This document shows positions 42,537 to 53,186 of a stretch of 64,000 nt of DNA, in pieces. A program made the translations under genes and the position numbers. The DNA comes from Cyanophyceae cyanobacterium. Lineage in GTDB: Bacteria; Cyanobacteriota; Cyanobacteriia; Cyanobacteriales; Laspinemataceae. The number at the start of each line of letters is the position of its first letter. Within the stretch, counting starts at the first letter, position 1. A model generated the notes under the pieces. The model saw only the letters and a program-made list of their open reading frames with translations. It made no database searches and was not told the DNA's origin. The stretch is from NCBI GenBank assembly GCA_038321985.1, contig JBBQFN010000015.1, forward strand, positions 59,306 through 123,305. The letters are read 5' to 3'.

Positions 42537-43046
42537 TTAGATATCGCGTTCGCTCAACTCGCGAGTAATATGATCAAAAGGTTGATCTAACCAATCACCG
42601 GGTTGAATCCCGGCGGCGGCGACTCTTTCTTTGACCATTTCTTTGAGAATTTGAATCCCGACCACCGTAGGTCCAATCGGGACTCCCAAAGAATTATAAG
42701 TTTCCCGCAATCCTTGCAGAACCCGTTCATCGAGAACATCAGTATTTCCGGCAACCAAAGCATAGCTGGCATACCGCAGATAATAATCCATATCCCGCAG
42801 ACAGGCAGCATAGCGACGGGTCGTATAGGCATTTCCACCCGGACGAATCAACTCAGGTAAATCGGCAAATAAACGGACACCGGCTTGTTTAACCAGTACA
42901 GCGGCATTGGCATTGATAATTCCCGCCGCTTGTACCCGCACAGTCCCAGTTTGAAAATAGGACTTCAGGTTATCGATGGCGTCGCGATCGAGGTAGCGAC
43001 CTGTGACGTCATAGTTTTTTATCAGGCTTGTGATTGCGTCCCGCAT
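42537..43046 (-). CDS. apcF: Allophycocyanin beta-18 subunit
   Basis: MRDAITSLIKNYDVTGRYLD, GGNAYTTRRYAACLRDMDYYLRYA; 169 aa; divergent from glnA. Confidence 0.93.
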   Translation of the reverse strand: MRDAITSLIKNYDVTGRYLDRDAIDNLKSYFQTGTVRVQAAGIINANAAVLVKQAGVRLFADLPELIRPGGNAYTTRRYAACLRDMDYYLRYASYALVAGNTDVLDERVLQGLRETYNSLGVPIGPTVVGIQILKEMVKERVAAAGIQPGDWLDQPFDHITRELSERDI

Positions 43047-43493
43047 TAAATTTATTCTCCCAACAGTGTCAACAAATGGTTTACTACTCTTGTGTCAATG
43101 AGAGTGTTTTGTTTGAGCCAGATTCGGGCAACAGGAGGACCGATCGCCTAGTATTTTCACTGGTTTAATGAGTAAGAATACTTAGGAAGGAGTGAAGTAA
43201 ACTAGCCTGCACTTCCTGTCGGACGTCAGATGCTCGAACGTTTGTAGTCTACTACAAAGCGATACCCAGGAACAGACCGTCAAGCGATCGCAATTCGGCG
43301 ATTGAAGATTGTTGGGGATCAACTCACGAGACTCTCCTGAGTTGGGCCCAAGGAGTAGGGGTCCGCCCCGGTCCAAAACCGCTTAAAATCTGAACGGCCC
43401 CTTAAATCCTTAAATTTTTCTATCTTGGCAGTCACTCCGAACTGTGGTTAAATCCAACCAGAGTTGTACAGAATACTCAGGAAGGAAAATTTT

Positions 43494-43535
43494 GTATCAA
43501 TTGATACAAAAACTCCCCAACTCAATCCCTAGGAT
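43494..43535 (+). promoter_or_regulatory. Canonical NtcA-activated promoter of glnA
   Basis: GTA-TCAATTGA-TAC (43494-43507) within the palindrome TTTTGTATCAATTGATACAAAA, then 22 nt, then -10 TAGGAT (43530-43535). Confidence 0.9.
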
Positions 43536-43927
43536 GATTCAGGGATAACGCAACTCAGCTTAGAGCCTGACGAGCAACGGTGTTCTGTAAAGGCTTAAGG
43601 GCTGGCTTAAGGGCTGATGCGAGCGCCAACTCCATAGAGCAAGGGTTGCAGATGCGCTATCAACTCAATCGACCGAGGGGAATTTTGCCATGATTGACCA
43701 TGCAGTTGAGATGGTGCTCTGCACCGGCCTCGCGATCGCAATAGACCCATAGATCTGAATCCTCGAAGTTCGCGGGTGCGGACGAATGCCTCGATTCCCA
43801 CTCCTAACCCGGAAAGAGATCAGGCTATATCTAGGTTCCTACCTAAACCGCTTTGACATCCTGCCCCTTGTAAGCACGCTCGTTCCCTAACGTCGATTGA
43901 CACTAACCTAGAACAGAGGAGATATTA

Positions 43928-45349
43928 ATGTTTCAGACTCCACAAGAAGTTTTAAATTATATCCGCGAGCAAGACATCAAGATCATCGATCTTAAGTTCA
44001 TCGATACCCCAGGAATCTGGCAACACTGCTCGTTCTATCGCGATCTGATTGACGAAAGTGCTTTCGATGAAGGCGTCGCCTTCGATGGTTCCAGCATCCG
44101 GGGCTGGAAAGCCATCAATGAATCGGATATGTCCATGGTGCCGGATCCCACAACGGCCTGGATCGACCCCTTCATGGCTGAGAAAACTCTCAGCATGATT
44201 TGCAGCATCAAGGAACCCCGCACTGGCGAATGGTACAGCCGCGACCCCCGCACCATCGCTCAGAAAGCCCTCGACTACTTGATTAGTACCGGCCTTGGCG
44301 ATATGGCCTTCATCGGCCCAGAAGCTGAATTTTTCGTCTTTGACGATGTTCGCTTTGATCAAACGGAGAACACCGGCTATTACTATGTTGATTCTGTAGA
44401 AGGACGCTGGAACTCCGGCAAACAAGAACCCGGTGGGAACCTCGGCTATAAACCCCGCTACAAAGAAGGATATTTCCCCGTTGCGCCAACGGATACCCTG
44501 CAAGATATGCGGACTGAAATGCTGCTGACGATGGCGGAGTGCGGTGTGCCCATTGAAAAGCATCACCACGAAGTAGCAACCGGCGGCCAAAATGAACTGG
44601 GGATTCGCTTTGCTCCCTTGGTACAGGCGGCGGATTATTTGATGACTTATAAGTATGTCATCAAAAACGTGGCTAAGAAATATGGCAAGACGGTCACGTT
44701 CATGCCGAAGCCTCTGTTTAACGATAATGGCTCGGGAATGCACACTCACCAGTCTATTTGGAAAGATGGTCAACCCACCTTTGCAGGGGATCAGTATGCG
44801 AATTTGAGCAAAACTGCCCTTCATTACATTGGGGGTCTGCTCAAGCACGCACCCGCTTTGTTAGCGATTACCAATCCCACTACGAACTCGTATAAACGGT
44901 TGGTTCCTGGTTTTGAAGCGCCGGTGAACTTGGCTTACTCCCAAGGTAACCGCTCTGCTTCCATCCGTATCCCCCTCTCGGGACCAAATCCGAAGGCCAA
45001 ACGCTTAGAATTCCGCTGTCCGGATGCCACCTGCAATCCTTATCTGGCTTTTGCGGCGATGCTCTGCGCCGGGATTGATGGGATCAAGAATGAAATCGAT
45101 CCGGGTGACCCCTTGGATGTGGATATCTATGACCTGAGCCCGGAAGAGTTGGCGAAGGTTCCCTCTACTCCCGGTTCTCTGCTGGATGCGCTCAAGGCTC
45201 TGGAAGCTGATCATGAGTTCCTGATTTCCGGTGGGGTGTTTACGGAAGATTTCCTTACCAACTGGATTGAGTACAAGCTGGATAATGAGGTGAACCCGAT
45301 GCGCCTGCGTCCTCACCCTTATGAGTTTGCTCTCTACTACGATTGTTAA
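43928..45349 (+). CDS. glnA: Glutamine synthetase type I
   Basis: [44 protein letters not shown] and [11 protein letters not shown]. Confidence 0.98.
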   Translation: MFQTPQEVLNYIREQDIKIIDLKFIDTPGIWQHCSFYRDLIDESAFDEGVAFDGSSIRGWKAINESDMSMVPDPTTAWIDPFMAEKTLSMICSIKEPRTGEWYSRDPRTIAQKALDYLISTGLGDMAFIGPEAEFFVFDDVRFDQTENTGYYYVDSVEGRWNSGKQEPGGNLGYKPRYKEGYFPVAPTDTLQDMRTEMLLTMAECGVPIEKHHHEVATGGQNELGIRFAPLVQAADYLMTYKYVIKNVAKKYGKTVTFMPKPLFNDNGSGMHTHQSIWKDGQPTFAGDQYANLSKTALHYIGGLLKHAPALLAITNPTTNSYKRLVPGFEAPVNLAYSQGNRSASIRIPLSGPNPKAKRLEFRCPDATCNPYLAFAAMLCAGIDGIKNEIDPGDPLDVDIYDLSPEELAKVPSTPGSLLDALKALEADHEFLISGGVFTEDFLTNWIEYKLDNEVNPMRLRPHPYEFALYYDC

Positions 45350-45370
45350 TTTCCCTCTAATTAAAGTAGG

Positions 45371-45397
45371 GCCACCCTCACCGGGTGGCTTTTTTTT
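45371..45397 (+). terminator. Intrinsic terminator of glnA
   Basis: GCCACCC-tcacc-GGGTGGC followed by a T run. Confidence 0.85.
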
Positions 45398-45488
45398 GCA
45401 AATGTAGTGAAACAAAGCCGGTTGGCTGAGGTTTTCGTTACAATTGTTTATATTAAATGATCCTCTATCCTATTTTTTCAGGTCTACC

Positions 45489-46556
45489 ATGACAGACATT
45501 CTCACTAAAGTAGCCTATAAAACGGTTCAAAGCAGCAAAACCTATTTTAGTCTGGCTCATAAATCTATCAGCAGCCAGTTATTGAAGGCGATCGCCCCGC
45601 CTCGTGAAGCCAGCACGAATCCAGTCTCTACCCAGCTTTTACTGGAAATTCGGGACCGACTCGATCGCCTCCTCGAAACTGACTGGGAGGATGCTGAACG
45701 GGGGATTTATCCAACGGATCTGCTTTTCGATAACCCCTGGGAAGACTTTTTTGTGCAGTATCCTTTGCTTTGTTTGGATATACCCAACTGTTGGATGCGA
45801 TCGCAACAAAAAAATAATCAGGAGTTTGCATCCGACATCGATACCAGCGGTTATCCCGCCTACTACCTCCAAAACTTCCATCACCAAACCGATGGATATT
45901 TAAGTGAAAATTCAGCGAACTTATATGACTTGCAGGTAGAACTTTTATTTAATGGCTCGGCAGATGCCATGAGGCGGCGAGTTTTAGCGCCTTTAAAGCG
46001 ATCGCTCCAGCCTTGGAGTGGCCTTGCTCAAAATCAACTCCGTATTTTAGATATCGCCTGTGGCACGGGTCGTACCCTGAAATTCCTCCGGGGAATGCTC
46101 CCGAAAGCCGCCCTCTTTGGGATTGATTTATCTCCGGCTTACTTGCGAAAAGCTAATGAAATCTTGTCTAAAATCCCCGGAGAATTACCCCAACTTTCCC
46201 AGGCTAATGCAGAGGAAATCCCCTACCGAGATAATTATTTTCATGCGGTTACGAGCGTTTTTATGTTTCATGAACTTCCTGCACCCACTCGACAAACCGT
46301 CATTGATGAATGTTTTCGGGTTCTGCAACCGGGGGGTAGTTTGACCATTTGTGATTCACTTCAGGTCAGTGATTCTCCTCAATTTAAGGAACTCATGAAC
46401 AACTTTTGTAAGATGTTTCATGAACCCTACTATCTGAATTATGTTCAGGATGATTTAGTCAAACGATTAGAAACATCAGGGTTCACAGATATCAAAATTG
46501 AAACCCATTTCATGAGTAAATATTGGACGGCCCAAAAACCTCACTTGAGTGAATAA
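45489..46556 (+). CDS. Class I SAM-dependent methyltransferase
   Basis: YYLQNFHHQTDGYLS, ILDIACGTG, GIDLSP and FMFHELP. Confidence 0.88.
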   Translation: MTDILTKVAYKTVQSSKTYFSLAHKSISSQLLKAIAPPREASTNPVSTQLLLEIRDRLDRLLETDWEDAERGIYPTDLLFDNPWEDFFVQYPLLCLDIPNCWMRSQQKNNQEFASDIDTSGYPAYYLQNFHHQTDGYLSENSANLYDLQVELLFNGSADAMRRRVLAPLKRSLQPWSGLAQNQLRILDIACGTGRTLKFLRGMLPKAALFGIDLSPAYLRKANEILSKIPGELPQLSQANAEEIPYRDNYFHAVTSVFMFHELPAPTRQTVIDECFRVLQPGGSLTICDSLQVSDSPQFKELMNNFCKMFHEPYYLNYVQDDLVKRLETSGFTDIKIETHFMSKYWTAQKPHLSE

Positions 46557-46794
46557 GGGGGGCAATTTGACAGGGGCGATCGCCCCGGAAGACTAGCCAC
46601 AACCAAAATGAAGGCTTAAAAATAGAGAAACCAGAGTTTTTGGCTTTTCTATTCTTAATTCTCAAAGACCCAACTGCTGCCAAAATGGTCTAAGACCGGG
46701 AAATACATCCTACCCTGGAGAGTAGACAAAAACGGCATAGATACGCTATACAAGGTCTAGGAAAAACCCAACGATGCACCAGTAGGAACCTGTA

Positions 46795-47271
46795 ATGACA
46801 ACCGACTTAGAAACCCAATGCACTCCGATCCCTTCTACGGAAGAGTTACTAGACGAGTCTCCAGAGGCTAACCTCGTAGAGGAACTTGAAACCGTCATTG
46901 GCAGTTTGGCTCAGGACCAAAAGGTGATGTTCGCGCTCAATGAATCGGGTCACCTTTGGAAGTTCAAATACGGCACCGTGGAGGTGTTCGTGCAACTGTC
47001 AGGAACCAGTGATGAGGATACTTTAACCGTTTGGTCCTTTGTCCTCAAACTCCCCGCAAAGAACGAACCGGAGTTAATGCGGAAGCTATTAGAAATGAAC
47101 TGGTTAACCACTTATGAAGCCCACTTTGGCATCATTGACGAACGGATTGTAGTGCTCTCCAGCCGCACCGTCATGGATCTCAATCCCAGTGAAATTTCAC
47201 GATGCGTCACCATTGTAGCTGCGATCGCTGACGAGAACGATGAAAAACTACTAGCGGAGTTTGGACAATAG
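46795..47271 (+). CDS. YbjN-domain (type III chaperone-like fold) protein
   Basis: WKFKYGTVEVFVQL...LMRKLLEMNW pattern of a conserved cyanobacterial family. Confidence 0.7.
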   Translation: MTTDLETQCTPIPSTEELLDESPEANLVEELETVIGSLAQDQKVMFALNESGHLWKFKYGTVEVFVQLSGTSDEDTLTVWSFVLKLPAKNEPELMRKLLEMNWLTTYEAHFGIIDERIVVLSSRTVMDLNPSEISRCVTIVAAIADENDEKLLAEFGQ

Positions 47272-47456
47272 AATCCTCGGGGTAGTAATGGATAATCAAT
47301 CGATTAATTTACCCCCAGCCTTGATTCCCGGAATCAGGGGCTTACTATAGCCATTTTATGTCCTAACATTGCCCGTTTAATAAAAGCGCAGTGCTTGTTT
47401 CTAAAGGCGCGGCGCTTATTTTCCTGCGATTGTTCTGTTATTATCGATTGGGTTGA

Positions 47457-47861
47457 TTACCAAATAGTTTCAATCGATGTTAATGCCTGAATTTTCCGAT
47501 CCCGGGTGACTAAGGGAAGATTTAAAGATAAAGCAGTGGCGGCAATAATCCGGTCTGGCATATCAGGCACGGTTCGCCTGTCAATTTGTCGAACAGTTGC
47601 GGCAATATTCCGATTCAAGGGTGCTAATAAAATGCCCATATTTGGATTATCTGTGGCATTTAAAACTCGGGTGAGCACTTCATCTACGATACGGCCTCGT
47701 TCAATCAAATAAGAAATTTCTACAATAGAAATTGCAGAAAAATAGATGAAATCTCCCCCAGTCGCGGCTTGTTCTAAAGCGTTTAATGCGGCTGGAGAAA
47801 GTCTAGGCAGGTCAAAAACATACCAAATTATGGTATGTGTATCTGCTATGACTGATGGCAT
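47457..47861 (-). CDS. PIN-domain (VapC-like) toxin
   Basis: DTHTIIW, SIVEI, DMPDRIIAATA and LVTRD acidic PIN motifs. Confidence 0.9.
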   Translation of the reverse strand: MPSVIADTHTIIWYVFDLPRLSPAALNALEQAATGGDFIYFSAISIVEISYLIERGRIVDEVLTRVLNATDNPNMGILLAPLNRNIAATVRQIDRRTVPDMPDRIIAATALSLNLPLVTRDRKIQALTSIETIW

Positions 47862-48085
47862 TAAATTATCTCCCGGGGAAAATTACCCCACATTTCTTTT
47901 CGGGCTTGGTCAATGTCTTCTTCGGTAATATCAACTTTTAAATCCGCACACAATCCTTTGACGCTCTTTAATGGTCGTTTGGGCGATTTTTTTTGATGGA
48001 GAAATTCAGCAAAATCTAATACTTCTTGCTGTTTATCCGGTGTTAATGTCCGTAACTTTTCTAAAAGGGCTTGCTCTAAGTTCAT
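47861..48085 (-). CDS. DUF2281-like antitoxin
   Basis: QQEVLDFAEFL motif; its stop overlaps the toxin start (TAATG). Confidence 0.8.
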   Translation of the reverse strand: MNLEQALLEKLRTLTPDKQQEVLDFAEFLHQKKSPKRPLKSVKGLCADLKVDITEEDIDQARKEMWGNFPREII

Positions 48086-48314
48086 GGGTTCAGTTTCTCC
48101 GCAATTTCTCTACAATAATCTGAGCTTTTTTGTTAACAAATTCTAACCGCTCCTTCACCTGTTCAACTCCCCACGCTACAGATTTCTGTAAGGTGATGGA
48201 TTGAAATCCCGAAAGCAGTTAAACCACCCCGGCGATGAGTTTAACCAAAGGAGGTAAAATGTCGATGCTGTCCCAACTATAATGATCTAAAACTCCCCCA
48301 TTTCTCTATTACTA

Positions 48315-49133
48315 ATGCACAGTCCCCTTTGGCGGTTGATTCCACCGATGCAAGCGAGTGGTTCCTTGCAGATGGCAGTCGATTTGTGGTTGCTAGAACA
48401 GTATCGCGCAGGGAGTCATCCCCCGGTATTGCGATTTTATACCTGGGACCCGATTGCCATTTCTCTGGGTTATCATCAACAACGGTGGCCGCAACGGTGG
48501 GAAAATTTAAGATGGCAAGGGATGCCGATTGAGTTGGTACGGCGTCCGACTGGGGGTCGGGCGGTTTTGCATCAGGGGGATTTAACTTATATGGTGGTGA
48601 TGTCGGACCCGGATGCCAGGGAGGGGATAGTCTCGAAACGTTCTCCTCTTCCGGGATATGAAACGATTTGTGAGTTTTTAATCGCCGGTTGGCGTAGTTT
48701 GGGCGTAGAGTTACAGTATGGTCGGGCGGGTCGCGGATACCGTCAAACAGCGAATTGTTTCGCGACGGCAACGGGTGCGGATTTGGTGTTGCCGACGGGT
48801 GGTAAGTTTATTGGGAGTGCTCAACTCAGACGCAATGGAGCAATTTTGCAGCAGGGCTCGATGCAGTTAAACCCCTGTGCGGAGTTGTTTTCGGAGGTAT
48901 TTGGGACGGAGGGGCGGGTGCTGGAGGGCGTATTGGATCAGGGGTTTTCGGTTCTATCTTTGCCCCTAGAGGTGGTGATGGAACGGGCGATCGCCTCGTT
49001 GGTGGAATCTGCTTCGGGTTGTTTCGGGGTGAAGTTAATTCCTCAACCCCTTTCGGCGAATGAATGGGAGGAAATCCATCGCTTTGGGAACCTTCAGGGG
49101 GTAGATGGGGAAGATTTTCTGGGTTGTTCTTAG
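48315..49133 (+). CDS. Lipoate-protein ligase A family protein
   Basis: LRFYTW, VRRPTGGRAVLH and KFIGSAQ. Confidence 0.88.
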   Translation: MHSPLWRLIPPMQASGSLQMAVDLWLLEQYRAGSHPPVLRFYTWDPIAISLGYHQQRWPQRWENLRWQGMPIELVRRPTGGRAVLHQGDLTYMVVMSDPDAREGIVSKRSPLPGYETICEFLIAGWRSLGVELQYGRAGRGYRQTANCFATATGADLVLPTGGKFIGSAQLRRNGAILQQGSMQLNPCAELFSEVFGTEGRVLEGVLDQGFSVLSLPLEVVMERAIASLVESASGCFGVKLIPQPLSANEWEEIHRFGNLQGVDGEDFLGCS

Positions 49134-49211
49134 GGGAGATGACGAAAGCAAATCGTGACACCAAACAATCAAGAAACGAGCGCAAGTTGGGATGTTGATG
49201 TTGGGAATTAC

Positions 49212-50450
49212 TTACTTTTTCAGACGACGTAATTCATTTTCGGTAAAGGAGGCAGCAGTTGCTTTGGCGATCGCCGCAATTCCAAATCCAGGGGGATAAC
49301 TTCCCTCTACTTTAATCTGCTGAATTTGTTCGCTTTGAATCGGTAAATTTAATTTTTTCCCGACGGTTGCCACGATATCCCCGCGATCGATGATTCCCGC
49401 AACTGCACCAGCTGGGGAAAGCACTGTAATATAGGGTAAATTTTCGCTTTCCATCCGATTAATCACCTGGACAAGGGGAGTATTTTCCTCAACGGTGATA
49501 ATTTCGGGTAGCGGATGCACAATTTCTAACAGGGTTTGACTCTGCCACTCACTCCGTTCTATCGATCGCAAATCCTCTAGGGAAATCATCCCCCGATAGC
49601 GCCCATCGGAGGCTGCAAAATAGGCGGCGTAACGCTGCTCAGTTTGCAGATATTCCCCGGCAAACTCATTGATGGTCATTTTGGCCTCAACAACCCGAAA
49701 GTGACGGGTCATGGCGTCCTGGGCTTGAAGTTGGAGTAAAACTTGTTGTAAAGCCGCTAGGCGTTCGTAGGCGTTGGCGTTACGAACGGCAAACCAGCCA
49801 ATCAGGGCAATCCAAATGCCTCCGAAGCTAGTAGCTAGAAAAAATAACGCCAATCCTAGGGCGATCGCGGTAAAGCCGAGAGTTTTTCCCGCCTGAGCTG
49901 CCCACCGCACGCCTTGAAAGCGATTCCCGCTAAATTTCCAAACGATGGCTTTTAAAATTTGACCCCCATCAAGGGGGAGTCCGGGAATTAGGTTAAATAA
50001 TGCCAAGACTAGGTTAATGCTGGATAAATCCCGAGCGACGATGGAGACTGGTGAGGCCCCGGGTACGAGTCCGGCCACTACTCCTAAAATAGCAAATAAG
50101 ATGAAACTCACGGCAGGTCCAGCGATCGCCACTTGAAAGGCTTGTTCTGGAGTCTTAGACTCCTGTTCGATGGATGCTACGCCCCCAAAAATAAACAGGG
50201 TAATCGAGTTAACTTTGATCCCTTGAGACTGCGCGACTAAACTATGCCCGAGTTCGTGCAGCAATACGGAAGCAAACAACAACAGGGCTAATCCTAACCC
50301 GGTTCCCCAGGCGATCGCGGGTTCCCATTGTTGTTGTTCTGAATATTGTCCCGCATTGAGCACCGTGACTAAGCCGAGGATAATCAACCATGAATAATCT
50401 ATATAAAGCGGGATGCCAAATACGGTCCCAATTCGCCAACCAGCTTGCAT
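49212..50450 (-). CDS. Site-2 protease (M50) with CBS domains
   Basis: HELGH and NLIPGLPLDGG motifs; C-terminal CBS pair; ATG at 50450. Confidence 0.92.
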   Translation of the reverse strand: MQAGWRIGTVFGIPLYIDYSWLIILGLVTVLNAGQYSEQQQWEPAIAWGTGLGLALLLFASVLLHELGHSLVAQSQGIKVNSITLFIFGGVASIEQESKTPEQAFQVAIAGPAVSFILFAILGVVAGLVPGASPVSIVARDLSSINLVLALFNLIPGLPLDGGQILKAIVWKFSGNRFQGVRWAAQAGKTLGFTAIALGLALFFLATSFGGIWIALIGWFAVRNANAYERLAALQQVLLQLQAQDAMTRHFRVVEAKMTINEFAGEYLQTEQRYAAYFAASDGRYRGMISLEDLRSIERSEWQSQTLLEIVHPLPEIITVEENTPLVQVINRMESENLPYITVLSPAGAVAGIIDRGDIVATVGKKLNLPIQSEQIQQIKVEGSYPPGFGIAAIAKATAASFTENELRRLKK

Positions 50451-50939
50451 AAAATTTTCCTTAATTTTTTTAGTGAGGTTGTTTCCCTTGATCGGCCATA
50501 TCGCGATCGCACCGAGTTGAGGATTCAATCCGGCTTTCTTCTATTCTACTGATTTTAAAGGCGCTACTGAGTGCTAGGGCTTGGGTACAGTGGAGGGGGA
50601 CCACAGAAGAGGTGCAGCAAAAATGAAGTGAGCTTTGCACCCTGGGGCGATCGCCTCCTTTTTCTGGGCACAGTCGGGCTCTATTTTTATCAAATTTTTA
50701 AGTCAGTTTTTCAAGGGATAAACAATTAATTTGCTTTGAGTTTAGAGTTCAAACCCGAGGGAAGTTATTTCCTTGAAATCCAGGGATGTTACGGGGGTTG
50801 ATTGCAAAAGAATTAACTCGGTTTATCCGGCGTCTACATCATTACTGACCCTAGACTCGAAAAGAGGGAGCAACGCCCGAGGATATTTCAAATACTAGAA
50901 TGAAAATTCGCCATCAATGGGTGGCTTAGAATGGCGAGT

Positions 50940-50981
50940 GCCCCAGAGGAACTAGCGCGATCGCCCGGTTCCCTCTGGGGC
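50940..50981 (-). terminator. GC-rich hairpin downstream of psaK
   Basis: GCCCCAGAGGAAC...GTTCCCTCTGGGGC with a HIP1 site in the loop. Confidence 0.5.
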
Positions 50982-51046
50982 GAGGGATGAAGTCGAGGTT
51001 TTTCTGAGTCTGCCCTGAGCAATCCCAGATTTACCCCAGAATTCCC

Positions 51047-51322
51047 TTACAGAACTCCGGCATTACTTAAGCCTAAAATCAATCCGGTCCCAATAATGTG
51101 ACCGAAACTGAGGGTTGCCAGGAGTTCAGGAATGCCAAATTTCTTTAAGACGGGAGGCATACCCACAGGCAAACCGGGCCCTTTGCCGGGATTCTGGATA
51201 GCTCGGTAGCCAATGATCACGGCAAATAGATTAGCCAGGATCATCACCAGTCCCACCATGGGAGACCAGTTGGCGGTCGCTGGTCCCTGGACACCCACTG
51301 CAAGTAAAGTTGTGTAAAGCAA
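51047..51322 (-). CDS. psaK: Photosystem I subunit PsaK
   Basis: WSPMVGLVMILAN...PELLATLSFGHIIGTGLILGLSNAGVL; GGAG RBS with TTG start. Confidence 0.93.
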   Translation of the reverse strand: MLYTTLLAVGVQGPATANWSPMVGLVMILANLFAVIIGYRAIQNPGKGPGLPVGMPPVLKKFGIPELLATLSFGHIIGTGLILGLSNAGVL

Positions 51323-51727
51323 GTTTGTATCTCCTTTGTCGATAAAATCAGTTCAATGAGCGAAATTGTGACGAATCTGCACTCTTTTAGGAGTGGAGAT
51401 TCTTGGGCTGAATGCTGCCTCCTCTGTGCGATTCAGTTTTGGTATTACGCATTCAGGTCTAGCCCGAACCTATGCTTTCACATCGTCCAGTTAAAGGCTA
51501 TACTCCCCAAGGGTGAATTCGCGATCGCTCCACGCTCCCTTATTCCTTCCGTCATCACCGTAGGCTATGCAAGTTTTTAGGACTCGTGACGGTTGGGCTT
51601 CCCCAGGTTCGGAGCAGAATGTTAAACCTGTTTCCGCATCCCTGGACCGGGCGGGGACCCACTAGATTATAAGAATTTATCGTCCGAAAAGAAATTTTTG
51701 TATTAATCCTTTACAGAATCTGAAAGT

Positions 51728-51745
51728 TTTGAAACAAATTGTAAC
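51728..51745 (-). promoter_or_regulatory. HLR1 (RpaB-binding) motif upstream of psaK
   Basis: Minus strand GTTACAAT-tt-GTTTCAAA; minus-strand TATAAT at 51671-51666. Confidence 0.55.
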
Positions 51746-51768
51746 AACTTACCCAAAAAGGACCTGGG

Positions 51769-52425
51769 ATGCGCATTAAAATTTGCGGAATTACTAAACC
51801 CGAGCAAGGGGTGGCGATCGCCCGTCTGGGGGCTACAGCTTTAGGTTTCATCTGTGTACCGGCTTCCGGGCGCTATGTCACGGATTTACAGATTCGCCAT
51901 GTGGTTCAGGCGATCGCGGGTGTAGAGGTTGATCGCATAGGTGTATTTGTAGATACCACAAGTGAGATAATTTGTCAAACCGTTGAAGTCGGTAAATTAA
52001 CCGGAGTGCAACTGCATGGGGCGGAATCCCGGGAATTTTGCGATCGCCTGCGGCAAGTGCTGCCGGAGGGTGTGGAAATCCTCAAAGCGATTCGTGTCAA
52101 AGGTGCAACCGATTTAGAGCAGGCCCGAGATTATATCCCGGTGGTGGATACGCTGCTACTGGATGCCTACCATCCCGGAATGCTGGGGGGGACGGGGCAA
52201 ACCCTAGACTGGAATCTGTTACAGCAGTTTAACCCCGGTTGCCCTTGGCTGTTAGCGGGGGGACTGAATCCCGAGAATATCATCGAGGCGATCGCCCAAG
52301 TCAAACCCCCCGGTATCGACCTTTCCAGTGGAGTAGAGCGATCGCCGGGGGACAAAGACCTCGCCAAAGTGGCTGACTTATTTGCCAAACTCAAACGGGA
52401 AATCAGTTCAGTCCAATCCCCTTGA
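51769..52425 (+). CDS. trpF: Phosphoribosylanthranilate isomerase
   Basis: IKICGIT, VQLHG, GGTG, LAGGL and DLSSGVE. Confidence 0.95.
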   Translation: MRIKICGITKPEQGVAIARLGATALGFICVPASGRYVTDLQIRHVVQAIAGVEVDRIGVFVDTTSEIICQTVEVGKLTGVQLHGAESREFCDRLRQVLPEGVEILKAIRVKGATDLEQARDYIPVVDTLLLDAYHPGMLGGTGQTLDWNLLQQFNPGCPWLLAGGLNPENIIEAIAQVKPPGIDLSSGVERSPGDKDLAKVADLFAKLKREISSVQSP

Positions 52426-52457
52426 CAAGTCAGCCGTAACCCTGTGTCTTTTCTTCT

Positions 52458-53186
52458 TTAAAAGAAAGAGGGTTGATGACGAATCAGGTTGAGAAACTCT
52501 TCGCGAGTCTTTTGCTCCTCCTGGAATTGACCGACCATCGCACTGGTTACAGTCCAAGAACCGGGTTTTTGGACGCCGCGCATCACCATGCACATATGAG
52601 TGGCTTCCATGACCACAGCCACTCCTTTCGGTTCCAAAATGGTTTGAACCGCTTCGGCAACCTGACGGGTGAGGCGCTCTTGCACCTGCAATCGGCGGCT
52701 GTACATTTCAACAATGCGGGCAAGTTTGCTCAATCCCACGACTTTTTGATTGGGGATGTAGGCAACATGGGCGCGCCCCATAAACGGGAGCATATGGTGT
52801 TCGCAGAGGCTGAAGAAGTTGATGTCTCGCACGAGCACCATCTCGTTATGCCCTTCGTCAAAAATGGCTCCATTCAATAACTCTTCTAGGGATTGAGTGT
52901 AACCACTTGTCAGAAAACGCATAGCATCGGCTGCCCGTTTAGGGGTCTTGAGCAACCCTTCCCGTTCTGGATCTTCGCCAACTCCGAGAATAACTTCCCG
53001 GAACGCATCCGTCATCCGATCAGCACTTTCTGCCGGGGGTTGATGGATGTTGGGTTGAGCGCCATTTAAGGTATTGCGATCGGGTCGCGTCTCAATGCGG
53101 AGGTTTTTTTCAGAAGTCTCGGCGGATTTGATACCATTTCCGGTCGTGGGTGAACCTTGAGAGCCGTGGGAAGGAGCAATCGTCAT
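52458..53186 (-). CDS. folE: GTP cyclohydrolase I
   Basis: [28 protein letters not shown] and [12 protein letters not shown] start at 53186. Confidence 0.96.
   Translation of the reverse strand: MTIAPSHGSQGSPTTGNGIKSAETSEKNLRIETRPDRNTLNGAQPNIHQPPAESADRMTDAFREVILGVGEDPEREGLLKTPKRAADAMRFLTSGYTQSLEELLNGAIFDEGHNEMVLVRDINFFSLCEHHMLPFMGRAHVAYIPNQKVVGLSKLARIVEMYSRRLQVQERLTRQVAEAVQTILEPKGVAVVMEATHMCMVMRGVQKPGSWTVTSAMVGQFQEEQKTREEFLNLIRHQPSFF

Noticed and set aside
43952..44848. 298-aa antisense ORF over glnA, and the many other antisense or overlapping ORFs in the track (over pdhB, chlD, ado, etc.)
   Set aside because: Shadow ORFs arising from codon bias of the real genes; no motifs or RBS support.
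48090..48300. Minus-strand reading ...AWGVEQVKERLEFVNKKAQIIVEKLRRN* upstream of the antitoxin
   Set aside because: May be a gene remnant, but it has no start and no diagnostic motif, so it cannot be assigned.
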